This document shows positions 60,606 to 64,000 of a DNA stretch of 64,000 nt, in pieces. This DNA comes from Candidatus Poribacteria bacterium (GTDB lineage: Bacteria; Poribacteria; WGA-4E; WGA-3G): the NCBI GenBank assembly GCA_964291315.2, contig OZ219753.1, forward strand, positions 448,001 to 512,000. The letters are read 5' to 3'. The notes beneath the pieces are model-generated. The model searched no databases and was not told the origin of the DNA. It saw nothing but the letters and a program-made list of their open reading frames with translations. The position numbers and the translations under genes were made by a program. Position 1 is the first letter of the stretch. Each line of letters begins with the position of its first letter.

Positions 60606-61849
60606 AGATTGTCGTCGTAGGCTGGGGCACAACCGGCGATGTCTATCCTGTTTTAGGATTGGCTGAACGTTTGCTTCAAAGGGGGCATCAAGTCGGTGTC
60701 TGCGCGCTTGCTCTTTATAAAGACAAGATTCTTGGAACCGGTGCGGAATTCTATGAAATCGATGTCACTTTTGACTTGGAAGAATTTCATGCTGCGATAG
60801 ATGCGATTATTCCAAAACGCGATCCACTCGCTATGCTACAGCTCATCGTTAAGGAAGGCATTGTCCGACGCGGCAAAAAATGGTATCAGGACTGCGCAGC
60901 TACGATGAGCGAGGCAGATTTGGTAATTTGCCATTCAGTAGACATCCCTGCCCAAGAGGCCGCCATCCGGAATGAGATCCCATGGATCACTGTGACGTAT
61001 TGCCCTGTCACGATAAAAAGCCTCGATGTTGCCCCATATCCGTTCCCGAATTGGGGGCGCGTATTCAATGCAATCGTCTGGAAAATTGCGCAACTGCGGC
61101 TCGCCTCAAGCGTGGATCCTCTTTTTAATCAATTTATCGTTTCCGTTGGCGGGAAACCACGCGCATCCGTGATGCTAGAGGGAATGTACTCACCGTATCT
61201 CAATCTCATCGCAGCATCTCCACTGCTCTGCCCACCGGCCGATTTCCCACCGAATCACAAATTCACCGGGGCCTGGCATCTCGCTTCCGCAAACTATGTT
61301 CCGTCTCCGCAGTTTGTCGCTTTTTTGGAAGCAGGACCACCGCCCATCATCATTACTTTTGGCTCTATGGGTGGATCAAACGCCCATGAAACCACAAGAA
61401 TCTTAATTGATGCTGTCACAAGAACAGACCAACGCGCAATTATCCAAGCAGGCTGGGCGCAACTTGGCACGCAAGAAACGCTACCGAATATTTTCTGTAC
61501 GGAGTATGTCCCGCATCAATGGCTGTTTCCACAAGCTTGCTGTATTGTGCATCACGGTGGAGCAGGTACAACCACTTCAGCCTGTCGAGCAAAAATCCCT
61601 TCTATTGTCGTCGCGCATAACGCAGATCAGCCCTATTGGGGAAAGCGCCTTTCAGCCTTAGGCGTTGCCCCGAAGCATCTCCATCGTCGAAACCTTACCG
61701 TCGAACGTCTCACAAAACGAATTCAAAGCGTACTGGATACGCCCGCTATGAAAGAACGAGCAGAAGCTTTAGGGACACAAATGGAAACCGAAGACGGCCT
61801 GACTACAGCTGTTAGAATGATAGAATCCTTTCGCTTGTCTGAACGATGA
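60602..61849 (+). CDS. Glycosyltransferase family 1 (sterol/UDP-glycosyltransferase-like)
   Basis: GTTGDVYP, FGSM, VPHQWLF, HHGGAGTT, DQPYWG; ATGA overlap at 60602. Confidence 0.88.
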   Translation: MKIVVVGWGTTGDVYPVLGLAERLLQRGHQVGVCALALYKDKILGTGAEFYEIDVTFDLEEFHAAIDAIIPKRDPLAMLQLIVKEGIVRRGKKWYQDCAATMSEADLVICHSVDIPAQEAAIRNEIPWITVTYCPVTIKSLDVAPYPFPNWGRVFNAIVWKIAQLRLASSVDPLFNQFIVSVGGKPRASVMLEGMYSPYLNLIAASPLLCPPADFPPNHKFTGAWHLASANYVPSPQFVAFLEAGPPPIIITFGSMGGSNAHETTRILIDAVTRTDQRAIIQAGWAQLGTQETLPNIFCTEYVPHQWLFPQACCIVHHGGAGTTTSACRAKIPSIVVAHNADQPYWGKRLSALGVAPKHLHRRNLTVERLTKRIQSVLDTPAMKERAEALGTQMETEDGLTTAVRMIESFRLSER

Positions 61850-62838
61850 AAAAAATCCTCGTTTTCAGCTTCAGTTTTATCGGCGATGCAGTGCTGTCTA
61901 CTGCGGTTATCCAGCCTTTGCGAGCACACTTTCCAGATGCCCATATCACCTTCCTCGTTGGCCCCCGAGCGTTTGATCTCTTTGCTGCTGAACCTAATGT
62001 TGATGCTACCTTTGTTTATGACAAACAAGGCAAGCACGCCGGGTGGAAAGGGAGATTGTACCTCATGAAGACTTTGCGACTTGACAGATTTGACCTCGTT
62101 GTGAATTTGCGAGGCAGTTTCACTGCACGGTGTATCGGAGCAGAACACTGGGGAATGCTCCGCGGCGATAGCAATCGACATGCCGTTATCCGCTATCTGG
62201 AAGTGCTTCAGAGACACTGCATTGATACAACAGATGCACGCCCGTGTTTGCAGCTAACAGCGGAAGAACAAGCAGCAGCACACCGGTTCCTTATCGAAGC
62301 CGGGCACACATCAGAACAATTATTGATTGGCATTCATCCGGGTGGGAGCTGGAAATATAAGTTGTGGAATGCACAAAACTACGCACATCTCGGAAAGGCT
62401 TTAGCAAGAAAACTAAACACAGCGATTCTAATTTTCGCTGGGCCCAACGAACGAGAACGCCAAGCGCAGGTTGCAGAGATGATGGATGTCAGACCAATTC
62501 TCGTTAAAACGGAAAATCTACGTTACCTCGCAGCACTAATTTCTGAGTGCGATCTTTATATTGGCAATGACACCGGGCCGATGCATATCGCGGCAGCAGT
62601 GGATACGCCGGTAGTCGCGCTTTTCGGTTCCACCAATCATATCCGGAGCGGTCCGTACGGTGATAAACATACCGTTGTACAGAACGAAATAGATTTGGGT
62701 TGCAACCCATGCCATCCAGGACGGAGTGCAGGCGGATGCGGGGTTGGAAATTGCGAAGTAATCGCACGGATTACGGTGAAACAGGTGTTGGAAATTGTTG
62801 TATCTTACGCTTCTTCAATCCCAACGCCTAATGCTTAG
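61846..62838 (+). CDS. Glycosyltransferase family 9 (heptosyltransferase-like)
   Basis: FIGDAVL, HPGG...KLW, NDTGPMHIAAA. Confidence 0.9.
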   Translation: MKKILVFSFSFIGDAVLSTAVIQPLRAHFPDAHITFLVGPRAFDLFAAEPNVDATFVYDKQGKHAGWKGRLYLMKTLRLDRFDLVVNLRGSFTARCIGAEHWGMLRGDSNRHAVIRYLEVLQRHCIDTTDARPCLQLTAEEQAAAHRFLIEAGHTSEQLLIGIHPGGSWKYKLWNAQNYAHLGKALARKLNTAILIFAGPNERERQAQVAEMMDVRPILVKTENLRYLAALISECDLYIGNDTGPMHIAAAVDTPVVALFGSTNHIRSGPYGDKHTVVQNEIDLGCNPCHPGRSAGGCGVGNCEVIARITVKQVLEIVVSYASSIPTPNA

Positions 62839-62881
62839 AACTTTCTCAGACCGGTTCCTGCCTCTCTAATGCGACGGACTT

Positions 62882-62944
62882 GTAGCATGGTTTCTATCAG
62901 TCTGTGCCTGTTCAGTTCTTGTAGCATAGACTGTGAGTCTGCGC
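62882..62944. repeat. Two degenerate GTAG-type REPs
   Basis: GTAGCATGGTTTCTATCAGTCTGTGC and GTAGCATAGACTGTGAGTCTGCGC, same family as the 44.4 and 45.2 kb clusters. Confidence 0.7.
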
Positions 62945-63029
62945 CTCTTCAACGCCTCTTGTACAAAAGGGCTCTCTTTATCAAAAGATGTGCCAAATAA
63001 TTATAATTATCAAGCTCCCCTTATCTACA

Positions 63030-63824
63030 TCATTTATCGCTTTCTTGCAGGCGTTTTAGTTCAGCCAATGCCGCTGCTGCGCGTGCGTCTGCTTGTTGTC
63101 GTGCTTTTGCCTCTGTTGCCGCCCGTGCGTCTGCCGCTGCTGCGCGTGCATCAGCCGCTGCTGCGCGTGCATCAGCCGCTGCTGCTTGTTCTTCTGCTTG
63201 TTGTCGTGCTTTTGCCTCTGCTGCTGCCCGTGCATCAGCGCGTCTAACCTGTCTGTCCAAAGGCTCCAGCCACACCGAACGCACCGGATCATACAAACCG
63301 AGAACACCATCACGCTCGCCTAACTCTAAACCCAGCACAAGCGACGGCAAACGATCGCCTACAAATCCTATCTCCTGATACACGCCTGCCACAAGACGAT
63401 ACCCGAGAAAAGCGGGCGACACCTCGCCATAGGGATCGTAAATGTAATACTCACGCACACCCAGCACCGACGCATATAACTCACGCTTCGTCGTCAAATC
63501 CTGCCGATAGGTGCTCCTGCTCGCCAACTCTAACACAAAATCGGGAGCGTGTCCCTCTTCCCACACCCGATAGGTGCGCCGCTGCTTTTTGCTGACACCG
63601 AAGACAACAAACACATCCGGAGACACCGATTTCTTAGGGTTCCCCTCCTCATAATACATCATCAGATTGCCAGAGACATGCACATCGTCGACGTTGCGGA
63701 AGTGGTGCTTGAGCATTTGAATGCAATCCATCATGAGGTCTCTGTGTTTCTCGGTCTCTGCCATAGGTTTACCATCCGATTCGGGATAGACGAGCGTTGG
63801 AGCGGCTTTTATTCTTCTGTCCAT
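63030..63824 (-). CDS. Uma2 family PD-(D/E)XK endonuclease-like protein with repetitive C-terminal coil
   Basis: YPESDGKPMAET, SPDVFVV, PDFVLELAS, GVREYYIYDP; GGAGG RBS before 63824; ADARAAA repeats. Confidence 0.88.
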   Translation of the reverse strand: MDRRIKAAPTLVYPESDGKPMAETEKHRDLMMDCIQMLKHHFRNVDDVHVSGNLMMYYEEGNPKKSVSPDVFVVFGVSKKQRRTYRVWEEGHAPDFVLELASRSTYRQDLTTKRELYASVLGVREYYIYDPYGEVSPAFLGYRLVAGVYQEIGFVGDRLPSLVLGLELGERDGVLGLYDPVRSVWLEPLDRQVRRADARAAAEAKARQQAEEQAAAADARAAAADARAAAADARAATEAKARQQADARAAAALAELKRLQESDK

Positions 63825-64000
63825 GGGACTACCTCCTGCCTCTACTATCATATTAACTTATATGATGAAGTATATCACACAGAGACCTAGATATCAAACG
63901 GATTCTAAGCTGGGCCTTCGAGCGGTGTTTCTCTCGACTCGCGGTTTGTATAGCCGGGGCACCCTACACTTCTTCAACCTCAATGCCGAGTGCGCGAAGC

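Overview
Bacterial chromosomal window. A Candidatus Poribacteria-like origin is inferred from the gene families (NYPNPFNPETWIPY sorting domain, DUF6785-like membrane protein, Uma2, sulfatase) and is unverified. The housekeeping backbone is cysS(partial)-ispF-ispD-PIN/TRAM-radA-mlaDFE-dnaB-rplI-rpsR-ssb-rpsF, uvrA-pcrA-gatCA-ctpA, tRNA-Val/tRNA-Asp-serS, bioB, pyrK and glycosyltransferases. Three accessory blocks interrupt it. (1) An orphan Type III Mod-like DNA methyltransferase is split at a C8 tract and bracketed by a 20-bp direct repeat. (2) A cassette of two methyltransferases and two nucleases is inserted between iolA-like and iolE-like genes. (3) A ~11 kb island (42.2-53.6 kb) carries a diversity-generating retroelement (DGR): avd plus DGR-type reverse transcriptase, five near-identical FGE/C-type-lectin-fold domains in three ORFs, each ending in its own adenine-mutagenised variable repeat (two of them internal to genes), and GTAG-type REP clusters, a patatin, a sorting-domain mini-protein and a protealysin/emfourin pair. 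The most striking detail is that the repeat in the template position is an unmutated template in its 5' half but mutagenised in its 3' half, and it runs in frame into a headless target gene.
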